NCBI GenBank assembly: GCA_963706575.1
Contig: CAVPNL010000009.1
Span: 32,001-96,000 of the forward strand
Origin: an uncultured delta proteobacterium
GTDB taxonomy: Bacteria; Desulfobacterota; Desulfobacteria; Desulfobacterales; JAHEIW01
DNA length: 64,000 nucleotides
Reading direction: 5' to 3'
In this document: positions 10,003 through 18,887 of the stretch, piece by piece
Layout of the letters: every line of letters begins with the position of its first letter
How positions within the stretch are numbered: position 1 is the first letter of the stretch
Made by a program: the position numbers and the translations under genes
Notes under the pieces: model-generated
The model's input: only the letters and a program-made list of their open reading frames with translations
Told to the model about the DNA's origin: nothing
The model's database searches: none

Positions 10003-11415
10003 ATGCATAACAATTCAATGCGGATCGAAAATAAAACAGGTATCACCCTTTTTACACTGCTCTTGCTTCTTTTTGTGCTGGTCTTTGCACCACCCGGCTG
10101 GGGCCTGAATAGCGAGCGCGAAAGCCCGGTGGTGCGGGCGGTGCGCAAGGTCAGCCCGGCTGTGGTAAATATAAGCTCCTCATACGAGGTTCGCAAGCGT
10201 GCCAATCCCTTCTCCGGTTTCGGTATGGATCCGTTTTTCGAAGAGTTTTTCAAAGATTTCTTTGATCCCCGGTTCGAAAGCCGCCGCAAAAGCACCAGCC
10301 TGGGGTCCGGCGTGATCATCGACGGCAAAAGGGGCTTCATTCTGACCAACGCCCATGTCATCGAACGCTCCGGTAATATCAAAGTGGTGCTCGAGGATGA
10401 ACGCGAATTTGAGGCCAAGATCGTGGGCGCCGATCCGGATTCCGACCTGGCCGTATTGCAAATCGATTCCACCACCCAGGTGCCGTCCATCGAAATGGGC
10501 AGCAGTGATGACCTGATGATCGGCGAAACCGTAATTGCCATCGGCAATCCCTTCGGCTTTTCACATACGGTGACCACCGGGGTCATCAGCGCCGTTGACC
10601 GCAGTATCCGCACCGACGAGCGGGTATTCCTTGACTTTATCCAGATCGATGCCTCTATCAACCCCGGCAACAGCGGCGGTCCGTTGTTAAATATCAACGG
10701 CGATCTAATCGGCATCAATACCGCCATTTACGCCAAGGCCCAGGGTATTGGTTTTGCCATTCCGATCAACAAGGCCAAAAAAATCATCTCCGATCTGATT
10801 CAATTCGGCCAAGTAATCCAGACCTGGATCGGCATCAGCGTGCAAAACCTGGATAAAAAGCTGGCCGGCTACCTGAAGGTTCCCGGCAAAAAAGGCGTGA
10901 TGGTTAAAGCCCTCGAGCCCGACAGCCCGGCAAGCAACGCCGGTCTGAAAGAAGGCGATATCATTCTGGCGATCGGAAACAAAAATATCGCATCGGTGCA
11001 GGATTACTGGTCGGTGAAAAAAACCTATGCGGCCGGAGACACCCTCAAAACGAAAATATGGCGCAACGGCAAAACCGAAACCGCACACATTAAATCCCGG
11101 GTGTTTCCCATGGAGATGGCCGATGACCTGGCCCTGCGGTTGATGGGAATTCGGGTCGAAGATTTAACCCCGAAAAACCGCGCAGATTACCGCATTTCGG
11201 TGCGCCAGGGTGTAGTCATCTCTGAAATCGACGGCCGCAGCGATCTGGCCAGAGTCGGCGCCCGGCCCGGTGATGTCATCCGGCAGATCGATGACGCCGC
11301 CATTGTAAACAAAGATGACTTTAAAAAGGCGATTGTCAAATACCGCCAGCGGAGATCGGTGGTGATCCTGCTGCAGAGGGGGGATCAGGGGTATTATATC
11401 ACATTGAAATTGTAA
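10003..11415 (+). CDS. HtrA/DegP/DegQ-family periplasmic serine protease with two PDZ domains
   Basis: Signal peptide, GSGVII, TNAHV, DLAVL, INPGNSGGPL catalytic triad motifs, two PDZ domains. Confidence 0.96.
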   Translation: MHNNSMRIENKTGITLFTLLLLLFVLVFAPPGWGLNSERESPVVRAVRKVSPAVVNISSSYEVRKRANPFSGFGMDPFFEEFFKDFFDPRFESRRKSTSLGSGVIIDGKRGFILTNAHVIERSGNIKVVLEDEREFEAKIVGADPDSDLAVLQIDSTTQVPSIEMGSSDDLMIGETVIAIGNPFGFSHTVTTGVISAVDRSIRTDERVFLDFIQIDASINPGNSGGPLLNINGDLIGINTAIYAKAQGIGFAIPINKAKKIISDLIQFGQVIQTWIGISVQNLDKKLAGYLKVPGKKGVMVKALEPDSPASNAGLKEGDIILAIGNKNIASVQDYWSVKKTYAAGDTLKTKIWRNGKTETAHIKSRVFPMEMADDLALRLMGIRVEDLTPKNRADYRISVRQGVVISEIDGRSDLARVGARPGDVIRQIDDAAIVNKDDFKKAIVKYRQRRSVVILLQRGDQGYYITLKL

Positions 11416-11435
11416 CCATTCATATCAAATTTAGC

Positions 11436-11463
11436 TAAAGTCCTTTTAGCAAAATACCGATAA
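11436..11463 (+). promoter_or_regulatory. Candidate sigma28 (FliA/SigD-type) promoter
   Basis: TAAA-N16-ACCGATAA upstream of the riboswitch and FliD-like gene. Confidence 0.65.
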
Positions 11464-11567
11464 GATAATTGAATCAGAATATTTTTGCGATATTCGATTT
11501 TTTAGTTCTGTTTTTTGAAAATTTGCGGGTTTATTTTCGAAAGAAACAAGACCCGTAATTAAAATCG

Positions 11568-11648
11568 CTCTAGATAATGCCAAACCCCGAGTAATCGGGG
11601 GACGGAAAGCCACGGGTCCGCCGGAGGTGGATGGCCGGGTTGCCTGAG
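11568..11648 (+). ncRNA. Cyclic-di-GMP-I (GEMM-I) riboswitch aptamer
   Basis: GCCAAACCCCGA-GTAA-TCGGGGGACGGAAAGCCACGGGTC...GATGGCCGGGTTGCC follows the GEMM-I layout (P2 with GNRA loop, GGACG-AAAGCC junction, P3 with tetraloop receptor, GGTTGCC end). Confidence 0.92.
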
Positions 11649-11655
11649 GAGGCTT

Positions 11656-11695
11656 AAAAGCTGGGCAGCCCGTGAGTTGGTTGCTCGGCTTTTTT
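11656..11695 (+). terminator. Intrinsic terminator forming the riboswitch expression platform
   Basis: AAAAGCTGGGCAGCC-loop-GGTTGCTCGGCTTTTTT, a stem with G-U pairs followed by a U tract, before the SD at 11717-11722. Confidence 0.75.
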
Positions 11696-11726
11696 GCTTG
11701 GGCCACCGGTTTCAAAAGGAGGAAAA

Positions 11727-13607
11727 ATGCAACTGTTCGGGGGAATCAATCCATACGAGAGTAACCTCTTTGGCTTCGGTTACATCGATACCATTCAAAA
11801 ACAGCGTGACGTCACAGGCTCGTTCAAGGGGCTTCCGGTTTCAAATCAGCGAGATCAGATGGACGACACCACACGCAATGTGCTGCGGATGCGCAAAGCC
11901 ATGGAGGCGGTCCGGCAATTGATGCCGGCTTCAGAATCTGCCCAAATTGAAGTCGAGGTAGCTGCCAGCGCCACCTCGGCCACCAGTCTTGACTTAAGCT
12001 CAAGCGGCACCGCAACGCCCACAACCCTGGAATCGACCGAAGAGGTCAATGCCTCGACGACTGCCTATTCGACGGACCCGCCCGAATGGACCGGTGCTTC
12101 GACCGCTCAGCCCACGATCAGCGGCGAATATGATGGCTCAAGCGGCACCGACACGCTCACTTTTGAAGTTAAAAAGGGGGGTACCCTTGGTGGAAATCTG
12201 ATTCTGATCAATGTTTACGATTCCAGCAACAATCAAATTGATAGTCTCAGTTTCAAAAAAGCAGACGGTGTCGATACGCCATTCACCCTGTCCAACGGTT
12301 TGACGGTAACCTTCGGCGATGGGGATTTTGTGAAAAATGACAGCTTCACCCTGGAGGTTTATGACAACGTGGACAATGCGGTGAATCCGGACAATTCCTT
12401 CAACGGGACGGGCGCCGATGATCCGAATCTTCAATCGGGTCTCGATGTAACCAGTGGATCCTTTGAAATCAATGGGACCACCATCGATGTCGCGGCGGAT
12501 GATACGATTAACAGCGTGCTCGATAAAATCAATGATTCAGATGCCGGCGTGACAGCCAGCTACGACGCCGCTACCGAAACGGTATTGCTGACCCAGGACA
12601 CCGCCGGCTCAACTCCGGATATTGTGCTGGCAAACGACACCTCCGGATTTGTCGCCGCCGTAAAACTGGATAGCGCGGTGGCCGTCCCCGGAGAAGATGG
12701 GACGGTAACCGAAGATCCTGCAACGCCTCTGGCGGAGGTGGATACCTTCTCCGCGGTGCAAAGCGGCAGCATCAGCGTCAATGGCGTTTCTATCGACATC
12801 AACGTCGATACGGATTCATTAAACGACATCCTTGATAGTATTAGCGCCTCAGCGGCAGATGTCACCGCAAGCTACGACAGCAACACCAAGCGGGTCACGC
12901 TGAGTGCTAACGACGCTGAAAGTCAACTCATTCTTGACAGCGGCACAACGAATTTTTTCCCGGCCGTGGAAATCACCGACGGTACCACTGAGCCGGTTAA
13001 CGAAACCATAGAAGTACAGTCAGGCGGTGTGGATGCTGTAAAATCGTCCGATCTTACGTCTGAATATGCTGAAATCTACACCACCGAACTGGACGCTACA
13101 CTTGGTAAGGACCGGGAAGTCGCGGAAACACCCGTTACACCCTCGGACGCTAAAATGCTGGGCGAGCTGGTCAATATCATTGCCGATTCCATGAATGCAT
13201 TGTTCAATGGTTCAGCAATCAGCTCGTCGCAAAGCACCGGAACCGAAGCGTTTCAACTTCAAGATGACGTTCGCAGTGCCGTCGCGTCATGGTTTGATTC
13301 CCAAGGATCTCAATTCAACACCAACTTGGGTATTGATTCCGATTCCGAAGAGTCTGAATTCAACACCGACTTTGGCATTGGTTTTGATTTTGAAAAGACA
13401 GATGGAAAGGTATTCAATTTCTCCCAGGCTAACCGAAGTCGATTTGAGGATGCTCTGGCATCCCCGCAGAGCGCGGCCGCGGTCCAAAAAGCGCTTTTTG
13501 GAATCGAATCCGGCGGGCTGTTCAACCAGCTGCACTCCGCCTTGACGGAAGCCGGCACCGATTTTGAAGTGGATCCGAGCGGCCTGTTTCTGGATGTAAT
13601 GATATAG
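11727..13607 (+). CDS. Acidic FliD/flagellin-hook-IN-motif-like protein (orphan)
   Basis: AGGAGG SD then ATG 11727. Two repeats of GSFxINGxxIxV..DxxxxLDxI..SxAxVTASYD resemble FliD middle domains. D/S/T rich; ends GLFLDVMI. Confidence 0.7.
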   Translation: MQLFGGINPYESNLFGFGYIDTIQKQRDVTGSFKGLPVSNQRDQMDDTTRNVLRMRKAMEAVRQLMPASESAQIEVEVAASATSATSLDLSSSGTATPTTLESTEEVNASTTAYSTDPPEWTGASTAQPTISGEYDGSSGTDTLTFEVKKGGTLGGNLILINVYDSSNNQIDSLSFKKADGVDTPFTLSNGLTVTFGDGDFVKNDSFTLEVYDNVDNAVNPDNSFNGTGADDPNLQSGLDVTSGSFEINGTTIDVAADDTINSVLDKINDSDAGVTASYDAATETVLLTQDTAGSTPDIVLANDTSGFVAAVKLDSAVAVPGEDGTVTEDPATPLAEVDTFSAVQSGSISVNGVSIDINVDTDSLNDILDSISASAADVTASYDSNTKRVTLSANDAESQLILDSGTTNFFPAVEITDGTTEPVNETIEVQSGGVDAVKSSDLTSEYAEIYTTELDATLGKDREVAETPVTPSDAKMLGELVNIIADSMNALFNGSAISSSQSTGTEAFQLQDDVRSAVASWFDSQGSQFNTNLGIDSDSEESEFNTDFGIGFDFEKTDGKVFNFSQANRSRFEDALASPQSAAAVQKALFGIESGGLFNQLHSALTEAGTDFEVDPSGLFLDVMI

Positions 13608-13614
13608 TTAGCTA

Positions 13615-13741
13615 AGGTTTCAGTGTTCAGGTGTCAGCAGTTAAATTCAGGAATTTAGGAATTGAAGGTATTCTGTCATTCTAATTCCTAAATCCCTCAA
13701 TTCCTCAATCATCGAATCCTGACACCCGAAACCTGAAACCT
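13615..13741. repeat. Nested palindromic element with two types of tandem-repeat arms
   Basis: Outer arms ggtttcagtgttcaggtgtcag / ctgacacccgaaacctgaaacc; inner arms aattcaggaatttaggaattga / aattcctaaatccctcaattcct. Confidence 0.85.
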
Positions 13742-13920
13742 ATTTCCCCTATATGATAATCAACACTGCGCCTGCCACCATCAGCGAGGTGCGGACTGTT
13801 TTAGTCTTGACATCATAACCCAGCCTATATATTAAAAATCGATGTCATTTTGTCTGACTATCAAGCGCTGGGCCAAAATTTTCAGGCGTCACCAAGATCA
13901 ACCGATGCAAGGCTCCATCC

Positions 13921-14172
13921 AGAAGTGGTTTCAAAACCCCATCTAAGGCCCAATGGCTGCGTTGCCCCGCTAAGCGGGATTCGCATCTGATTTTTTAAAT
14001 TAAGGTGCAGCACAGGCCTCCGATAAATGCTCACATACCCATATGTCTGCTGAGAACAACGACTTTCTCGATCGGCCTGCGCCTTGATGCATACCTTAAT
14101 TTATTAAGATCAGATATGTAATCCCGCTTAGCGGGGCCCTTGAACCTGACCTGCGCTTTTGAAACCACTTCT
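13921..14172. mobile_element. MITE-like element, 252 bp, with perfect 16-bp terminal inverted repeats (TIRs)
   Basis: AGAAGTGGTTTCAAAA at 13921-13936 and TTTTGAAACCACTTCT at 14157-14172; internal inverted repeat (IR) CCCCGCTAAGCGGGATT / AATCCCGCTTAGCGGGG; no ORF. Confidence 0.75.
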
Positions 14173-14342
14173 AAGCAATCTCTAAATATTAGTTTAAATT
14201 AGGTCTCGTTTTTAACCAGCCTCATGATCATGGCCCCGATCGACCCGGAATAAAGGCGTTATTCAGAAAACGCAGAACTAATCAAAACGAGTTCAGGCAA
14301 ACGCTTAGCAAAGCGAAAAAAATTGAAAAGGAGAAATTTCCA

Positions 14343-15302
14343 ATGCGAAAAAACAAATTAATGATCTTATGTTTGCTTTTGTTAACGGTTGTGTTTGGTC
14401 TAAATTTGGCCTGGGGTGACGATTATCCCAGCAAACCGATCAATTTTTTGATCCCCTTTGGTGCCGGTGGATCTGCTGATTTAATGGGAAGGGCTTTGGC
14501 CAATGGATCCGAAACACATCTCGGACAGCCGATTGTCCCGATCAATAAACCGGGTGCGGGCGGCGGCATTATGTATACCGCGCTAAAGGGTGCCAAGCCA
14601 GACGGATACACGGTCGGTTGGAATTCTACCTCTATCCTGACATCGACCAACATCGGCAATGTTCCATTTAAATACGATGCCTTTGATCATGTGTGCCGAA
14701 TTGGGTTTACCGCCATGCCGATTGCCGTTCGTAAAGATGCGCCCTGGAAAAATTTGAAGGAATTTGTGGATTATGCCAAAAAAAATCCGGGTAAAATAAA
14801 GATCGGAAACGCCGGAACGGGCAGCGGCACCCATCTTACGGCCGTTCTATTAGAAAAAGCGGCGGACATCAAGGTCGTACATGTCCCTCTGGGGGCAAAA
14901 CGTCGGATTCCGAGTCTGCTTGGTGGGGAGGTTGAAGCCATCTGCGTACCCTTGCCCGAAGTTGCCCCGCAGGTCGCAGGCGGACAGGCCCGGCTGCTGA
15001 TTATGACCACCGAAAAAAGAGATCCGATGTTTGCCGATATTCCCACCTTAAAAGAAATGGGATATCCGGTAGTCATGGAGCTTTTCCGGGGCATCAGTAT
15101 GCCGCAGGGGACACCGGATCCGATCGTAAAAAAGCTTGCCGATGCCTTTAAAAAAGGCGCTGATGACGCCGATTTTAAAAAAATCGCCAAACAAAAAGGG
15201 TTTAATATCAGTTTCATGGGAAACACAGATTTTGAAGCATACTTAAAAGTGCAAAATGCATATATGGCCGAGGGTATGAAACTGGGTGGTTTGGTTAAAT
15301 AA
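14343..15302 (+). CDS. tctC: Tripartite tricarboxylate transporter substrate-binding protein (TctC/Bug)
   Basis: Signal peptide, YPSKPI..IPFGAGGSAD, NKPGAGG, PDGYT, IPTLKEMG. Confidence 0.93.
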   Translation: MRKNKLMILCLLLLTVVFGLNLAWGDDYPSKPINFLIPFGAGGSADLMGRALANGSETHLGQPIVPINKPGAGGGIMYTALKGAKPDGYTVGWNSTSILTSTNIGNVPFKYDAFDHVCRIGFTAMPIAVRKDAPWKNLKEFVDYAKKNPGKIKIGNAGTGSGTHLTAVLLEKAADIKVVHVPLGAKRRIPSLLGGEVEAICVPLPEVAPQVAGGQARLLIMTTEKRDPMFADIPTLKEMGYPVVMELFRGISMPQGTPDPIVKKLADAFKKGADDADFKKIAKQKGFNISFMGNTDFEAYLKVQNAYMAEGMKLGGLVK

Positions 15303-15309
15303 TGAGAGA

Positions 15310-15349
15310 ATGGGGGCTGCTCAAATTACTGAAAAGCCCCCATATTTTT
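15310..15349 (+). terminator. Stem-loop after tctC (partial terminator or mRNA stabiliser)
   Basis: ATGGGGGCT...AGCCCCCAT followed by a T tract. Confidence 0.6.
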
Positions 15350-15359
15350 TAGGTCTTCA

Positions 15360-15815
15360 ATGAAGAAGGTTAATGTTATATTAGCTGCACTATTGATTGG
15401 TCTAGGAATCTTCTACGCCTATTTAACGGCTCATCTTCCCGATCGAAACCTTCCCAACACCCTCGGCAGTGATTTTATGCCGTGGGTTCTAGTGGGCTGT
15501 CTCTTCTTCCTCTCGTTGCTACTTCTTATCAAGACCGTCTTTGGGAGCTCCCCGGAGCAGTTCGATTTCAGTATTTCACCAAAAGAAGGCTTTGGGGTGA
15601 TCGTTCTCACCGTTTGTGTTTTTGCCTATGTAAAATTAATGATTCTGATCGGCTTTGTTTTGGCGACACCTATTTTCCTGGCCCTATTGATGCTGATCAC
15701 CGGCTCAAGGAAGTGGAAAGAGATCGTCCTTGTTTCCATCTTCGCCACTTTCAGCATTTACCTTTTATTCCAGAAAATTTTTCAGGTTATTCTTCCCCGC
15801 GGAGAATTATTTTAA
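15360..15815 (+). CDS. tctB: Tripartite tricarboxylate transporter TctB family protein
   Basis: Small multi-TM protein between tctC and tctA, ending FQKIFQVILPRG. Confidence 0.9.
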   Translation: MKKVNVILAALLIGLGIFYAYLTAHLPDRNLPNTLGSDFMPWVLVGCLFFLSLLLLIKTVFGSSPEQFDFSISPKEGFGVIVLTVCVFAYVKLMILIGFVLATPIFLALLMLITGSRKWKEIVLVSIFATFSIYLLFQKIFQVILPRGELF

Positions 15816-15826
15816 CAGGTTAGTTC

Positions 15827-17308
15827 ATGAATGGACCTATTTTTGCGGCGTTGGCTGATGTTTTGCAGATTCACAATATCCTGGCCTCGATGGCCGGTGT
15901 TATTTTCGGCCTGTTTATTGGTTCAACCCCCGGACTCACGATTTCACTGGGCATGGTTCTGCTTTTGCCGATCACCTTTAAGCTTTCCGCCGTGACCGCC
16001 GTTTGTTTGCTACTCGGGCTTTACGCCGCAGGCATGACCGGCGGGTCTTTATCCGCCATTCTATTGAACATTCCCGGAACACCTTCAGCTTCGGCAACGG
16101 CAATCGATGGCTATGAAATGACCAAAAAGGGCCGGGCGGGCGAGGCGCTGGGCGTTGCCGTAAGTTCATCGTTTTTTGGCGGCATGTTCGGCTTGACCTG
16201 CCTGGTGCTGGCCGCGCCTGTGATTGCAAAAGCTGCCTTAAAATTCGGAGCCCCTGAACTTTTTGCCCTTGTGCTATTGGGGCTGACGCTGATCTGCAGC
16301 TTCGGCCAGCATTCCCCGATTAAGGCCCTGATCTCCGGAACCGTGGGGCTGATGATAATGACTGTCGGCCTGGATCCGATGATGGGCAGCCCGCGCTTCA
16401 CATTTGGCATGGTGGAATTACAGGCCGGCATTTCCTTTTTACCGGCCATGATCGGCCTGTTTGCAATTCCCCAGATTTTAGTTGGAATCGCCGGCAAAAC
16501 GCGGGTGATTCCAAAATATCGCGAAAAGATTTCCGGTGTATTGCCGAAAATCAAAGATCTTTATAAATTGAAAAAAAGCATGCTGCTGGGATCCTTATTT
16601 GGAACCGGAATTGGTGCGATTCCGGGCGCCGGCGGTCCGATTGCAGTATTTCTCAGCTATGATTATGCCCGAAGATTTTCCAAAAATTCAGAAAAATTTG
16701 GCACCGGCGAGCCGGCCGGGATCGCCGCACCGGAGTCATCAAATAACGCCGTTGCCGGCGGCGCACTCATTCCGATGCTGACTTTGGGTATTCCCGGCGA
16801 TCCCATAACGGCGATTCTGCTGGGGGCGTTGATGATACAGGGATTGATTCCAGGTCCCCTTCTTTTTCAGCAATCCGCTCAATTTGTCTACAGTGTTTTT
16901 TGGGCTTTCTTTGTGGCAAATATCATGAATTTGTGCCTGACATTCATGACCATCAAACTCTGGGTCAGAGTGCTCAAGGTGCCTCAACGCGTTTTGCTTC
17001 CGATAATTGTTATTCTGTGCATTGTCGGCACTTATGCCTTGAGAAACACGTTTTTTGATACCGCCATCATGTTCGCTTTCGGATTGTTGGGTTACTTTAT
17101 GAAAAAATACGGTTTTCCGGTGGTTCCGATGCTTTTGGCGATTATTCTGGGACCCAACCTTGAGGAACACCTCAGAATGTCTCTGATCATTTCACAGGGA
17201 GATTACATGATTTTTTTTAAACACCCCATCAGCCTTGTCTTTATTGTTGCGGCCATTGCATCTTTTGTCCTACCCCTGCTGCGTTCGAAAAAAAGCACGG
17301 CTCACTAG
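15827..17308 (+). CDS. tctA: Tripartite tricarboxylate transporter permease TctA
   Basis: GGSLSAILLNIPGTP, APESSNNA, IPMLTLGIPG repeats. Confidence 0.95.
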   Translation: MNGPIFAALADVLQIHNILASMAGVIFGLFIGSTPGLTISLGMVLLLPITFKLSAVTAVCLLLGLYAAGMTGGSLSAILLNIPGTPSASATAIDGYEMTKKGRAGEALGVAVSSSFFGGMFGLTCLVLAAPVIAKAALKFGAPELFALVLLGLTLICSFGQHSPIKALISGTVGLMIMTVGLDPMMGSPRFTFGMVELQAGISFLPAMIGLFAIPQILVGIAGKTRVIPKYREKISGVLPKIKDLYKLKKSMLLGSLFGTGIGAIPGAGGPIAVFLSYDYARRFSKNSEKFGTGEPAGIAAPESSNNAVAGGALIPMLTLGIPGDPITAILLGALMIQGLIPGPLLFQQSAQFVYSVFWAFFVANIMNLCLTFMTIKLWVRVLKVPQRVLLPIIVILCIVGTYALRNTFFDTAIMFAFGLLGYFMKKYGFPVVPMLLAIILGPNLEEHLRMSLIISQGDYMIFFKHPISLVFIVAAIASFVLPLLRSKKSTAH

Positions 17309-17469
17309 TGTTGTGTCCCAGAAATATTGTCTAAAATATTATTAGGTTCTGAGGCGTGGTATCCATCTGTCATTCCCGCGCAGGCGGGAATCCAGGCGTC
17401 TTTGAACTGGACTCCCGCCTGCGCGGGAGTGACAATCATTTTGTAACTTATTTGTAGGACACAATACTA
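17306..17469. mobile_element. MITE-like element enclosing a REP-like inverted pair
   Basis: Imperfect 21-bp TIRs TAGTGTTGTGTCCCAGAAATA / TATTTGTAGGACACAATACTA. Inside: TGTCATTCCCGCGCAGGCGGGAATCCAG (17368-17395) and CTGGACTCCCGCCTGCGCGGGAGTGACA (17407-17434). The left TAG is the tctA stop codon. Confidence 0.75.
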
Positions 17470-17555
17470 AGCAGGCCCGGGTGATCGGAAAAGTATCTTA
17501 TTCACATGGGATTTTTAACTTGTTCTGGCTTGCTATCCTATTCAAGCCTTCTGAT

Positions 17556-18623
17556 TCATGGATGCACCACAACTTTTAAGGCCCCGCCTTTGCGCTCCAC
17601 ATATGTCTGGAAAGCCTCATTGATTTGTTCCAGGGGAAACGTATGCGTAATGAGATCTTTGCCAACCATTTTGCCTTGAGCCATTAAGGAAAGTGCGCGA
17701 TGGACATTCAGGCGTCCTTCGCCTCGAATGGTATATAGGTTGATGCCATTGCGAACCGCCGTGCTGATATCGGCGGTGATCGGCTTTTTATAAAAAGCCA
17801 GGATTGAAATTTTTCCCCCTTTGCGGGTCATCTCAATCGCTTGCTGCAGGGAATTCTCTCCGCCGGCGGCCTCCAAAACCAGATCCGCTCCTAATCCATC
17901 GGTGAGCTCCAAGACCTTGTCGACGGGATTTTCTCTGTTGGCATTGACAATATGATCGGCACCAAGCTTCTGGCCTAATTCAAGTCTCTCATCGCGAGTC
18001 CCCGTCAATATGACCCTGGCCGCCCCGAGAGCCTTGCAGGCCTGGACGCACATAAGTCCGATCGGTCCGGGGCCGAGCACCGCCACCGTATCTCCAACGA
18101 TGTAGCCACCGGCCTGATCAATTCCATAAATGCTTGATCCTGCGGTTGTAATAATGATTGATTCGTCAAAGGAAATGTTGTCGGGAAGCTTGGCGAGGGT
18201 GTTGACGTGGTTGACAGCATATTCGGCAAATCCGCCATTGGCGGTAAAGCCATTTGCCCGATGCCCTTTTTTAAGATTGCCGTAATTAAGACAGGCCGTA
18301 TATTCTCCCACCAGGCAGTTCTTGCAGCGCATGCACCCTTTGTGAATCTCGACTGCAATGCGATCACCGATCTTAAATTCATCGACCGTGTCGCCAACGG
18401 CGGCAACGGTTCCGGCGTACTCATGGCCGATAATGAACTCACCAAAGGGGGGTTGATGCGGCATACCGTGAGTAATAATCTTAACATCGGTTCCGCAGAT
18501 TCCGCAGGCCTCAACCCGAATCAAGGCCTCATCGTGCCCGGGAACAGGAACCTCGCACTCAACAACCTGAATGTCATTAAATCCAAACAGCACCGCCGCC
18601 TTCATTTTTTTGGGAATCTGCAT
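17556..18623 (-). CDS. Zn-dependent medium-chain dehydrogenase (threonine/sorbitol DH-like), paralog A
   Basis: CGTD, GHEYAG, structural Zn site CxxCxxC..C, GPGPIG. Confidence 0.92.
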   Translation of the reverse strand: MQIPKKMKAAVLFGFNDIQVVECEVPVPGHDEALIRVEACGICGTDVKIITHGMPHQPPFGEFIIGHEYAGTVAAVGDTVDEFKIGDRIAVEIHKGCMRCKNCLVGEYTACLNYGNLKKGHRANGFTANGGFAEYAVNHVNTLAKLPDNISFDESIIITTAGSSIYGIDQAGGYIVGDTVAVLGPGPIGLMCVQACKALGAARVILTGTRDERLELGQKLGADHIVNANRENPVDKVLELTDGLGADLVLEAAGGENSLQQAIEMTRKGGKISILAFYKKPITADISTAVRNGINLYTIRGEGRLNVHRALSLMAQGKMVGKDLITHTFPLEQINEAFQTYVERKGGALKVVVHP

Positions 18624-18887
18624 AATCTATAGCCTCCAGAGCGAATTAAAACCCATCCAAAAATGATATAGTCTCACCGGATGGAAACGAATTAGTTAAA
18701 TGATTTCAAATTCTTGCTTTGTTTTTTGCCGTCAGCCCAACATCAATCTAAATGCTAATAATTCGTCTGGCTTGTCAAGCCAAAATTTTCAGTCCGGAAT
18801 CGAATTTTTCAGGTTTTGATTGATTTTTTTGCCGGTTTCCTTGAAAAAAGAAATAACCAGCGTTTAATATTGTTCAGGAGGCTTAAA

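Noticed and set aside
9966..10727. 253-aa antisense ORF over the HtrA gene
   Set aside because: Typical antisense shadow of a conserved protease gene.
11568..11648. Riboswitch as a 3',3'-cGAMP-sensing variant
   Set aside because: The discriminating position reads G (11579), not A, in my alignment, so c-di-GMP is preferred pending testing.
11446..11715. 89-aa minus-strand ORF (GGPVAFRPP...)
   Set aside because: It is the reverse translation of the c-di-GMP-I riboswitch, not a likely protein.
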